Below, in pieces: positions 36,399 to 46,400 of a DNA stretch of 64,000 nt. Position numbers and translations under genes: made by a program. The notes beneath the pieces were generated by a model. That model saw only the letters and a program-made list of their open reading frames with translations, was not told the origin of the DNA and did no database searches. The DNA is from Spirochaetota bacterium (GTDB lineage Bacteria > Spirochaetota > UBA4802 > UBA5550), in contig JBGTBN010000071.1 in NCBI GenBank assembly GCA_041749375.1, positions 2,297-66,296 on the forward strand. Reading direction: 5' to 3'. The stretch's first letter is position 1, and each line of letters begins with the position of its first letter.

Positions 36399-37484
36399 AT
36401 GGCTGAAACAATCAAGACAATAACCGACAGGGGCCAGTTCGAAGAGATTTTCCTCAAATTCTTCCAGAACAGGGAAGTCTTCATCAAGACGAAAAGCGGC
36501 GACCTCTACATACAATTCCTGGGTTACAGTGACGGCAATGTCGCTTTCAGGATTCCCCGTGTCAAAAACGTCCCTGACTCGATCGTGGCACTGACGAGGC
36601 TCGGCGATAACACCATCTACGCGAGCCTCAAGGTGCTGGACTCCAACGAGGACACCTTCACCTTCCTGCCGGTCAAGTTCCAGATCATATCCGAAAAAAG
36701 GAAAGAGGAGCGGACCGACCTGGGGCAGACTGACGGGAAAAACATACTCTTCGTGACGGGTGTTATATCCGAGTCCATGATCCAGGCCTCGCTCGAATCG
36801 AGCGCGAAGAAGCTCGACCAGGTAAAGGACAAGATCGCATCCGACCTGAAAGGCAGGTTCGAGCGCACAAAGGTCGTCTTTTTCAATGAGACACGAATCG
36901 ATTCCAGGATGAAATACTTCAAGGAAACCTGGGCGCCCCTTTTCGTGAAGGATTACTCTTCAAACGCGGCCGATCAGAAGAATAAGGACCTGCGATTCTA
37001 CATGTCTGAAATATACTCCAAGGACTACAAGCTCGCGTCCCAGAAAGAGCTGATCTCGGAAGTATCCGTGCCGTTTATATATAAAGGCATGATCCCCTAT
37101 GGCTATATCCAGGTCAACAATTCCAAACCCATGGACGACAACCATATTACGGTGATCAAGAGGCTTGCGGTAATGATCAATGATTACCTTGTGAAAGAGC
37201 AGATATTCGTCCCTTCAAAGGACAGGTTCCTGGTAATCGACATATCAAAGAAGGGCCTCGGCATCGTGTTCAAGGACCGTCGGCAGCTCCGCTATTTTGT
37301 CAAGGACAGCCGGCTCGTGCTGGAAATGAGCCTTCCTGATTCAAACAAGGTGACGATGATGGTCTTGGTGAGAAATACGATTTTCCACGAGAGCGGCTCG
37401 ATCAAGGTGGGGCTTGAGATCTCGAACATAGACGCGATAAGCGAAGCGAATTACGATGAGTTTCTTGATGAGATGAAAAAATAG
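36399..37484 (+). CDS. DUF1577-like protein (PilZ-related with GAF-like insert)
   Basis: RKEER motif, central SE..VP..Y....PYGYIQV GAF-like segment, C-terminal DISKKG PilZ barrel. Confidence 0.7.
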   Translation: MAETIKTITDRGQFEEIFLKFFQNREVFIKTKSGDLYIQFLGYSDGNVAFRIPRVKNVPDSIVALTRLGDNTIYASLKVLDSNEDTFTFLPVKFQIISEKRKEERTDLGQTDGKNILFVTGVISESMIQASLESSAKKLDQVKDKIASDLKGRFERTKVVFFNETRIDSRMKYFKETWAPLFVKDYSSNAADQKNKDLRFYMSEIYSKDYKLASQKELISEVSVPFIYKGMIPYGYIQVNNSKPMDDNHITVIKRLAVMINDYLVKEQIFVPSKDRFLVIDISKKGLGIVFKDRRQLRYFVKDSRLVLEMSLPDSNKVTMMVLVRNTIFHESGSIKVGLEISNIDAISEANYDEFLDEMKK

Positions 37485-37485
37485 C

Positions 37486-37806
37486 CTATTTCTTTTTCCG
37501 TTCTTTTCCCTGCGCCTTCAGCATTTTCTTATTATACTTCAATTCAGCCTTACCGGGAACTGGAACAGCGTTACCCGCCTCCTTGTCGCCGTATCCCTGC
37601 ATTATCGGGGTCGGGCTGCCGCCGGGCAGCGTGCCTGTCTGTTTGGCTGTTTTACGATTTTTGAAATTTTTAAATTTCTCGATAAGATAGGCGGCGAATT
37701 TTTTCCCGAACTGGGCTATAAAACCGGCAACGAGGATAGTTATCGCCCATTTCAACATGGTGAGACCGGTTTCTGAATCGAAGATGGTATATCCCGGGTC
37801 GCTCAT
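37486..37806 (-). CDS. Small single-TM protein with Lys-rich tail
   Basis: LKWAITILVAGFIAQFGK TM; basic C-terminus. Confidence 0.6.
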   Translation of the reverse strand: MSDPGYTIFDSETGLTMLKWAITILVAGFIAQFGKKFAAYLIEKFKNFKNRKTAKQTGTLPGGSPTPIMQGYGDKEAGNAVPVPGKAELKYNKKMLKAQGKERKKK

Positions 37807-38088
37807 GGTATTCAGCCTTGTTTAAACGTTAAAACACCAAGTCATACATCCTGTAAATTATTATTTTTTGAATATGCAACCCCGGGTGGATAACCAGTCT
37901 ATATAAATTTACATATATAGTATTGTTTATTTGCAGTAATTCGCATCGTTTATCCGTTGAAAGTCATTCCATGCAGTAAGATTCTTTGCTTTGACAGGTT
38001 TCCTGTTAATTAATTCTCATTATATGCCCGTTACATACCGATTAAAGTAATGAATAGGTATCCCATTATGTCTACCGGGAGATGCGCC

Positions 38089-38589
38089 ATGGAAAAGAAT
38101 GTTATTGCAATGACAAATATTCTGAAAGAAGAAACGGACCTTTTCGAGAAACTGTGCTTGCTGGAAAAATCCAAGACCGGGGCTATAATGGAGCATAACG
38201 CGAAGCTCCTTGAAAGCATTTCACGGGAACAGGAAGCAATCCTCGGCCGGATATCCGCGCTCGAGAACGACCGGACCAGGAAGATGGATGATTATAAAAA
38301 ACACCGCCACGTCAGGAACGTATCCTTTACCCTGAAAGACATGGCCGGAGTCCTGGACGGCAATGCGGCAACCAGCGTCCTTACGATAGGAAGGAACCTG
38401 AAAGACGTGATGATCAGGCTTTCCAGGATCCAGGACACGAACCGCGTACTGATCAACGACAACATGGAATATTATAATATTTTACTCACAGGACTGCGCC
38501 GTGACCCTTCCCTCGAAACCGGTTACAAACGCGATGGTCGTGAGGATGAGAAGCTGAAAAATTCAATCCTGTTCAACCAGACAGCCTAA
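38089..38589 (+). CDS. flgN: Flagellar export chaperone FlgN
   Basis: Helical pattern LE..R...N..LI, position immediately before flgK. Confidence 0.8.
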   Translation: MEKNVIAMTNILKEETDLFEKLCLLEKSKTGAIMEHNAKLLESISREQEAILGRISALENDRTRKMDDYKKHRHVRNVSFTLKDMAGVLDGNAATSVLTIGRNLKDVMIRLSRIQDTNRVLINDNMEYYNILLTGLRRDPSLETGYKRDGREDEKLKNSILFNQTA

Positions 38590-38600
38590 GGAGAGCGGCA

Positions 38601-40517
38601 ATGAATTCAACATTTATGGGTCTCGAGATCGGGAAAAAGGGGCTGATGTCACACCAGCAGGCGCTGCATGTTACCGGCCACAATATCTCCAACGCGGAGA
38701 ACAAGGAATACTCGCGACAGCGCGTCGTCATCACCGCGGCTGACCCGTTATATGTGCCAAGCCTGAACAGGGGAAACCAGCCGGGAAACATCGGGCAGGG
38801 TTCGGTAGTACAGTCCATCGAGCGGATACGGGACAGCTTTATTGATGACCGCATCGTGGTTGAGAAGAACAACTCGGGTTACTGGAAAGTGAGGAACGAA
38901 TTCATATACCAGATCGAGACCGTATACAACGAGCCGAACGACCAGTCTCTCAGGACCAGGCTCGATGAGCTGTGGAAGTCGTGGGAAGAGCTCTCCAAGT
39001 ACCCGGAAGAGCGTTCGACGCGCGAGGTGGTGCGGGAGAAGGCGATCAACCTCACGAATGACGTCAACTATACTTACAACCAGCTCTATGACCTGCGGCT
39101 CAACGCAAACAGGCAGATCGAGCACCGTGTCGATCAGATCAACATGTACGCCATGGACGTCCGCGACCTGAACGAGCGTATTTTAAAAGCGGAAGCGCTC
39201 GGCGACAATCCCAACGACCTGAAAGACCGGAGGGACGCCCTTATAGAAAAAATGTCAGAGATCGTGGACATAAGCGTCGGTCGCAGCGACAAGGACGAGA
39301 CCATCGTCTACATAAACGGGGAAAACCTGGTGCAGGGAGAGATCATCCGGCCGATACAGGCGATGATGGACGCAGACAACGGCGGGCTTTTCAAGATCGT
39401 GTGGAAGGACACGGGCCGGGACGTCACGGTGAAGGGCGGGGAACTTGCCAGCCTCTTCGACATACGCGACAAGGTCATACGGCAAAACATCAATGACATA
39501 AATGCGTTCGCGATAAACCTGTCCGACCTGACGAACGAAGTTCACCGCGACGGCTTCAGCAGGCGAAACGAGACCAACATCGACTTTTTTAAGCACCTGA
39601 TGATCAGCGACAATGTTGACGGAAACTTTGACCTGAACAATGACGGTGTATACGGCATTAATGACGTCACCGCGATCTTCAAGGTATCGGGGAACAACAG
39701 GGTCGATGCATCGGCGGCAATAGGCGTGTCAGGGACCCTGACGTTCAGGATGAACAACGAGCTCGAGTCCAACATCGAGATCGACTATCATGAGAAAGAT
39801 ACGGCTCTCACTATAATAAAGAAGATCAACGACGCCCACATGGGGGTCGTTGCATACATGAACCATAACAGCCAGCTGTCGCTCAAGGCGACGGCGGCCG
39901 AGGATAACGACAAGAAAAATTTCATGATACGGCACCTCGAGGATTCGGGGCAGTTCCTGGTCGGATTCACCGGGATACTGAAGCAGAGCGGACAGCAGGG
40001 ATCGTTCGATTACAACCGGCTTGATGACATCAAGAAGTTTCTCCCGTCACGGGAGCATGTCACCATCGCGCCGAAATTCAACCCCGCCGCGCACATGGCC
40101 GTTTCGGAATCGATAATGCAGGACGTAGACCGGATCAGCGCGGCCCGCGGCAAGGATGTCGGCGGGACGGGCGATTATAACACGTCGAACGGAATCGGCG
40201 ACGGAAGCAACGCGCTCCGGCTGGCAAGTATACGGCACAAGAACGCCATGGTGGATACGAATACCACGTTCAATGACTTTTACACGGCGCTTATCTCGCG
40301 GACAGGAACGCAGGGAGAGGAGGCAAAGGACCGGGTGAAGAACCAGGATGTTCTCTTAAAAAACCTCGCCAACCTGCGCGAATCCATATCCGGGATAAAC
40401 CTTGACGAAGAGATGTCGAACATGGTCGCGTTTCAGCATGGCTACAATGCAGCGGCACGCGTTATTACCGTAATGGACAACATGCTTGATACGATAATTA
40501 ACAGAATGGGGGTATAA
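38601..40517 (+). CDS. flgK: Flagellar hook-associated protein 1
   Basis: TGHNISNA...YSRQ, NDL.DRRD, RESISGINLDEEM..FQ..Y.AAAR. Confidence 0.96.
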   Translation: MNSTFMGLEIGKKGLMSHQQALHVTGHNISNAENKEYSRQRVVITAADPLYVPSLNRGNQPGNIGQGSVVQSIERIRDSFIDDRIVVEKNNSGYWKVRNEFIYQIETVYNEPNDQSLRTRLDELWKSWEELSKYPEERSTREVVREKAINLTNDVNYTYNQLYDLRLNANRQIEHRVDQINMYAMDVRDLNERILKAEALGDNPNDLKDRRDALIEKMSEIVDISVGRSDKDETIVYINGENLVQGEIIRPIQAMMDADNGGLFKIVWKDTGRDVTVKGGELASLFDIRDKVIRQNINDINAFAINLSDLTNEVHRDGFSRRNETNIDFFKHLMISDNVDGNFDLNNDGVYGINDVTAIFKVSGNNRVDASAAIGVSGTLTFRMNNELESNIEIDYHEKDTALTIIKKINDAHMGVVAYMNHNSQLSLKATAAEDNDKKNFMIRHLEDSGQFLVGFTGILKQSGQQGSFDYNRLDDIKKFLPSREHVTIAPKFNPAAHMAVSESIMQDVDRISAARGKDVGGTGDYNTSNGIGDGSNALRLASIRHKNAMVDTNTTFNDFYTALISRTGTQGEEAKDRVKNQDVLLKNLANLRESISGINLDEEMSNMVAFQHGYNAAARVITVMDNMLDTIINRMGV

Positions 40518-40520
40518 CGC

Positions 40521-41783
40521 ATGAACCGCATCACCAACCAGATGATCAATAACACGATGAGCTACAATCTCCAGCGGCACCAGACCGAAATGGACAGGAT
40601 CCAGAACTCGCTCGCGACGGGGAAAAACGTGAACGTTCCGCGGGACAACCCCATAGCGGCAACGAACCAGATGCTCTACCAGACCCGGCTCACCGAGATA
40701 GACCAGTACCTGAGCAATATAAACGAGAGCCGATCCAAGCTCGACGAAGTGGACACCGCGCTCCAGTCGTCGCTGAGGATTTTCCAGCGGCTGCGGGTGC
40801 TTACAGTGCAGGGGGCAAACGGTATTTACACATCGTTTGAACTTAAAGAGGCTGCGGCGACTGAAATTAACCAGCTCCTCGAAGAGCTGGTCAACATCGC
40901 GAACACAAAGGGCGCAACCGGGAGATCGATATTCGGCGGTTACAAGACCGGAACGGAGAGCCAGCCGAACCCGTTCGTTCCGATCTATCAGACCCTTACC
41001 TCGGGAAACCAGGGCGATGCGATGATCGGAGTCGAGTACAAGGGTGACATCGGGGAATTGCAGCGAGAGGTAGCCAAGGGCGAGTACCTCTCGGTGAGCA
41101 TACCGGGAAACCAGGTATTCTGGGCAACGAACCAGATACTGACGTCCAACAAGGACGCGTCAGCGTACACGGCCTCGACGAACCAGATGATCAGGATCGA
41201 CGGCAAGGAGATCAACATCTCCGCGGGCGACAATCTCGATATCATACTGGACAAGCTGAACAATGCGGGACTCAGCATGCGGGCTATCAAGGGCGGCACG
41301 AACAACCTGATCCTGGAAACGACGACCCCGCACCAGATATGGCTCGAGGACGTCGGAAGCGGCACGGTCCTGAAAGACCTGGGGCTGGTCAATGCCAGCT
41401 TCCCAGAACCGCCGTCGAACATCGACCCAACGGTAACGATCAGCGGCATGTCGGTGTTCGAGATGGTCATCAAACTCCGCGATGACCTTGTCCGGGGTGA
41501 CCAGCTCCTGATCGGCGGGGAGGACCTCGGACTCATCGACATGGGCCTCGAGAACATCCTAAAAAGCTTGGCACTGGTGGGTGCGCGGACAAACCGCATT
41601 GACGAGGTCGCCAAGCGTACCGAATACGACAAGGGCAACGTGACCACGATGCTCGCGAACACCGAGGGGATCGATTACGCCGAAACGATCATGAATTTCA
41701 AGTGGCTCGAAAGCGTGCACCGCTATGCTCTCGCGGTCGGCGCCAAGTCGATCATGCCTACCCTGATGGATTTCCTCCGCTAG
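40521..41783 (+). CDS. flgL: Flagellar hook-associated protein 3
   Basis: TGK....P.DNP, V.GANG, GR.IFGG, GAR.NR, TLMDFLR. Confidence 0.95.
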   Translation: MNRITNQMINNTMSYNLQRHQTEMDRIQNSLATGKNVNVPRDNPIAATNQMLYQTRLTEIDQYLSNINESRSKLDEVDTALQSSLRIFQRLRVLTVQGANGIYTSFELKEAAATEINQLLEELVNIANTKGATGRSIFGGYKTGTESQPNPFVPIYQTLTSGNQGDAMIGVEYKGDIGELQREVAKGEYLSVSIPGNQVFWATNQILTSNKDASAYTASTNQMIRIDGKEINISAGDNLDIILDKLNNAGLSMRAIKGGTNNLILETTTPHQIWLEDVGSGTVLKDLGLVNASFPEPPSNIDPTVTISGMSVFEMVIKLRDDLVRGDQLLIGGEDLGLIDMGLENILKSLALVGARTNRIDEVAKRTEYDKGNVTTMLANTEGIDYAETIMNFKWLESVHRYALAVGAKSIMPTLMDFLR

Positions 41784-41892
41784 TAAAAAAATTGTTGCAT
41801 ATACTGAAGAAACTGATATTGTGTACCAAGGACCGGGGGCGGGGTCTCAAGATCCCGCCCGCCGCATGCAGCGAAATACAAGGAGCTTGTGT

Positions 41893-42348
41893 TTGAGTCT
41901 GAAAATACAAACAAGGCCGTTCGGCGAAGTCGAGATTGACGAGCGTCAGATCATAGATTTTCCTGACGGGATCCCCGGGTTCGATTATGTAAAAAAATTT
42001 GTTCTCCTGGACACGGGGGACGACAAATCTCCCCTGAAATGGCTCCAGGCCCTGGAAGAGCCGGAGCTGGCGTTCGTCATTGTACGTCCCGTGGACTTCA
42101 TGCGCGAATACGAGCTTGCCGTATCCTTCGGCGATATCGAGGCGGTAGGCGCCGAGGGCGCCGAGAACCTTCTCGTGTTCGCGATCGTCACTATTCCGAC
42201 AAACCCGTCCGAGATGACTGCCAATCTGCAGGGGCCGGTCATCATCAATCCGGATAAAAGGCTCGGGCGCCAGGTAATATCCCTGAGCGACAGGTACAAC
42301 GTGAGGCACCGGATCCTCGACGAGATGAAAAAGGCCGCAGAGGGTTAG
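41893..42348 (+). CDS. fliW: Flagellar assembly factor / CsrA antagonist FliW
   Basis: T.PFGE....I.FP.GIPGF, WLQ...ELAF, TANLQGP..IN; TTG start after AGGAG. Confidence 0.93.
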   Translation: MSLKIQTRPFGEVEIDERQIIDFPDGIPGFDYVKKFVLLDTGDDKSPLKWLQALEEPELAFVIVRPVDFMREYELAVSFGDIEAVGAEGAENLLVFAIVTIPTNPSEMTANLQGPVIINPDKRLGRQVISLSDRYNVRHRILDEMKKAAEG

Positions 42349-42352
42349 GGAA

Positions 42353-42601
42353 ATGCTGGTACTGGCGCGCAGGTTAAACGAAAGCATCATGATCGGCGAC
42401 GATATCGAGGTCGTCGTAATAGACATCAAGGGTGACCAGGTCAAGCTTGGCATCCGGGCGCCGAAGCGGGTATCGGTACACCGCAAGGAAATATACGATG
42501 AGATCAAGAAAGAGAATATAGCCGCGATGGATTCCCGCTTCAAACCGGAAGAGCTCACGGACCTCTTCAAAAAAGGAAAAAGCGACCAGGATAAGAAGTA
42601 G
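42353..42601 (+). CDS. csrA: Carbon storage regulator CsrA
   Basis: MLVLARR.NESI.IGDDI..VKLGI.AP..V.VHRKEIY. Confidence 0.97.
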   Translation: MLVLARRLNESIMIGDDIEVVVIDIKGDQVKLGIRAPKRVSVHRKEIYDEIKKENIAAMDSRFKPEELTDLFKKGKSDQDKK

Positions 42602-43275
42602 TGCCGCACGTGGATTTTTTTGCAATTAAGTATTTCCCCGGACTATTAATCGCCCTTATGGTTGTCTTTTACGCGCGCGAATATGTGACCTTCACCGGAC
42701 GTCTTTCGCTCAAGTACATATTCACGCCGATGGTCACCGCGCTAATCGCAGGCTTTGTCATGCTGAGCATTATTGAGGACGGCGTGTCCCCGTATCGTAT
42801 GCTCATCCTGGCGGCGTTGATAGCTTCACTTGTGGCAGACACCATGCTCATGGTCGTCGAGGTCGACCTGATGAAGCAGGGGATCGTATTTTTCATGCTG
42901 GCGCATGTCGTATACATCGCGGCCTTTTCCCTTACCTATGAATACCGGCCCTGGAACATGGCCGTAGTAGGTGTTCTCTGTATCATGCTCGCAATATTTT
43001 ACCGGGGCATATGGCGCGTGGCGGGAAGAATGAGGATACCCATCATGGTATATGCTGCCGTGCTCTGCACCATGCTTTTTTTCGCCCTCTCGAGCATGAA
43101 CATGGAAGTAACGCGCAGGGAGACGCTCATCGTCGCAGGCGCAATACTCTTTGTTATGTCTGACTTTCTTCTCGCCTACCTTTCGTTCATCCGCCCACAC
43201 CGCTATGAGTCGGTCATCGTATGGGCAGTATATGCTCCTGGCCAGTTCCTGATAGCTCTTTCCTGTTTCAGCTAG
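42601..43275 (+). CDS. YhhN/lysoplasmalogenase family membrane protein
   Basis: Multi-TM; S..AD, F..AH..Y, GA.LF..SD, Y..GQ. Confidence 0.8.
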   Translation: MPHVDFFAIKYFPGLLIALMVVFYAREYVTFTGRLSLKYIFTPMVTALIAGFVMLSIIEDGVSPYRMLILAALIASLVADTMLMVVEVDLMKQGIVFFMLAHVVYIAAFSLTYEYRPWNMAVVGVLCIMLAIFYRGIWRVAGRMRIPIMVYAAVLCTMLFFALSSMNMEVTRRETLIVAGAILFVMSDFLLAYLSFIRPHRYESVIVWAVYAPGQFLIALSCFS

Positions 43276-43450
43276 AGGATTATTCCACCGACCTCATTTA
43301 TTACCGTTACAGCGCCCGCGCGGTTATGTCAAAAAAATTATTTTGAAAGATTCCGGATAATTAATATCTTGAAAAGCTGACCCCGGTATCATTCTATGTA
43401 TTAATGGATACACGCAGCAATAACCGTCAGGCGCCAGGCAGAAAACAGCG

Positions 43451-46400
43451 ATGAGCATTATGACCGGGTACTCCATCACGGAGAAGATCTCCGAAGGGAA
43501 CAAGTCGATCGTATATCGGGGCTTGCGTGAGAGCGACAGTCTGCCGGTCGTACTTAAAATATTCAGGCAGGCATACCCGACCCTCGCTGATATCGCACGC
43601 TTTAAAAAAGAATACGAGCTTATTAAAGACCTCACCATCGACGGCGTTGTCGCCTCCTACGGGCTTGTGGAAGACAAGGACCGCATCGCCCTGGTGCTCG
43701 AAGACTTTAACGGGACATCACTAAATGAAGTCCTTAAAACGAACAAAATGTCCATGGAAGAATTCCTGCACATCGCCATACGAGTGGCGGATACCCTGGG
43801 CTATATTCACACCAATAACATCATTCACAAGGACATAAAACCCCATAACATCCTGTATAACTCTTCCTCGGGGGCGGTGAAAATAACGGATTTCGGCATA
43901 TCGACACTGCTGGCCCGCGAGAACGAGAACCTCTATGATCCCCGGATCATAACGGGCACGCTGCCGTACATGTCGCCCGAACAGACCGGGCGCATGAACC
44001 GACCGATGGATTACCGGTCCGATCTCTATTCGCTCGGCGTCACGCTTTACGAGATGACCACCGGCGATGTGCCGTTCAGGTCCAAAGACCCGCTTGAAGT
44101 AATACACTGGCATATAGCGAGAAAGCCGGTCGCTCCACGGCGGGTGAACGACGACGTCCCGGAGGCCATATCCGATATCATCATGAAGCTGCTCGAAAAA
44201 AACGCCGAGAACCGCTACCAGAACAGCTACGGGCTCAAGGCTGACCTCGAGGAATGCCGCGACCGTTTGAGACGCGGCGGTAGAATAGAAAAGTTCGAGC
44301 TGGGCACCAACGACCTGTCGTTTCGATTCAGCCTGCCGCAGGCATTTATCGGGCGGGACCGGGAAAAGGGGGTCCTGGTCGACGCGTTCCACCGGGTATG
44401 CCAGGGCGGCAGTGAAATTCTCGCAGTTACCGGAACGCCGGGGATCGGGAAAACGGCCCTGGTCCATGAAATTGAAAAAAGCATCACCGAGGGCAGGGGC
44501 TTCTTCATACACAGCAAGTATGAGACTGTCAAGAAAAACGTGCCGTACAGCGCCATCATTCATGCGTTCCAGAAGCTGATGCTGATGATACTGGCCGAGG
44601 GCAGCGAACAATTGGCGGGCTGGAAGCAGAAGATACTTGCCCGGCTGGGCGCCAACTGCCAGGTGATCATTGATGTCATCCCGGAGCTCGAGATGATCGT
44701 AGAGCAACAACCGGCGCTTCCGGAAATCGATCCTGAAAAATCACAGCATCGGTTTACCCAGGTATTCGGCGATTTCATCCGGATCTTCATGACCCCGGAC
44801 CATCCCCTGGTCATTTTTCTCGACGATCTCCAATGGGCTGATTCCGCGAGCCTGAAATTGATCTCCAGGCTGCTGATGGACTACCGCACCGAGTATTTCC
44901 TCCTGATCCTCGCCTACCGGAACAGCGAGGTTAGCCCGGACCACCAGCTCGCGGGCGTTATTTCAGCCATGGACGACAGGCTGACCACGATCACTCTCGA
45001 TAACCTGTCTGCAGGACAGATAGGCGAGTATATCGGTCATTTTGTCAACAACCCGCACGGCGGGGTCGCGCAGCTCTCCGAGGTGATTTTCCGGAAGACC
45101 AACGGCAACCCGTTTTTCCTGATACAATTCCTTCGCTCTATTTACGATAGCCGGTACCTCCGGTGCGTTTCCTCTGAAGGATGGATCTGGGACCTCGACA
45201 GGATAAAGGGAATGCAGGTATCGGATAACGTGGTGGAGCTGATGATTGACCGTATCAATTCGCTCAGGCCGACGACGAGGGAAATGTTGAGAATCGCGTC
45301 ATGCATAGGGAACCGTTTTGATCTTGAAAGCATCGCATTGCTGTCGGGCCGCAGCTTCGAGGTCGCTCTCACCGACCTCCTTGATGCCATGGACGAAGGG
45401 ATCATATACCTCTCTGGAAACCATTATTATTTTCTTCATCATCGCGTTCAGGAAGTCGTATACTCGATGATCCCTGAGCAGGAGCGGTGCGGGCTCCACT
45501 ACCGGATCGGGCATCTTCATGCGGATGCCTCGTCGCCCGAGGAAACCGCGGATAAGATATTTTACATAGTGCATCAGCTCAATTCCGGTGTCGCGTGCGC
45601 TGAAGGTCGCGATGAGCGAATAAAGCTGGCTCAGTTAAACCTTGTTGCCGGGCAGAAGGCCAAGGCCTCCACTGCGTACCTGTCGGCGGAAAGCTATCTC
45701 GATATCGGTATCGGGCTCCTGGACGCCGGATCTTGGGGGAGGGACTACCGCCTCGCGTTCGATCTGTATTTTGAGAAGGCCGAGTGCGAATATCTGAACG
45801 GGAATTTTGACCGGGCAAACGAGTTTTTTGATTTTCTTCTTACACACGCGACCAGCAGGATCGACAAGGCGCTGGTCTACGATAAGAAAATCATCATATT
45901 AACGAACATCGGCAATCATCGCGCTGGCATGGAGTACGGCCTTGAGGCTCTGCGCATGTTCGGGATCAGGATCCCGGCCTCTCCATTCCGGGGCAGGATT
46001 ATTAAAGGAGTCATAACCGCGACATTGCTGCTTGGGAAGAGGAAGATACGGGCCCTGCTGTACGCCAAAGAGATCACCGATCCGGAAAAGATCATGATCA
46101 TGACGCTCTGCATGGATACGGGCACCTCGGCCTACTTTGTGAATAATGACGTGGTGGCGGTCCTGGCCCTCAAAATGCTTAACCTGTCGCTGCGCTACGG
46201 GAATACCCGCATATCGCCCTTCGCCTATCTTTCGTACGGACTGATTCTCGGCTATGGCATGGGACTCTACAGGACCGCATATTCGTTCGGCGAGCTGGCC
46301 ATGGCGCTCACCGAAAAATATCATAATATCGACCTGAAGCCGCGTATACTCTTCATCTTCGGTTTTCTCATCAGTCACTGGAGGAAGCACTATTCCCAGA

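Noticed and set aside
37860-38088. Sigma28 or sigma54 promoter before flgN
   Set aside because: No adequate TAAA-N15-GCCGATAA or TGGCAC-N5-TTGC match
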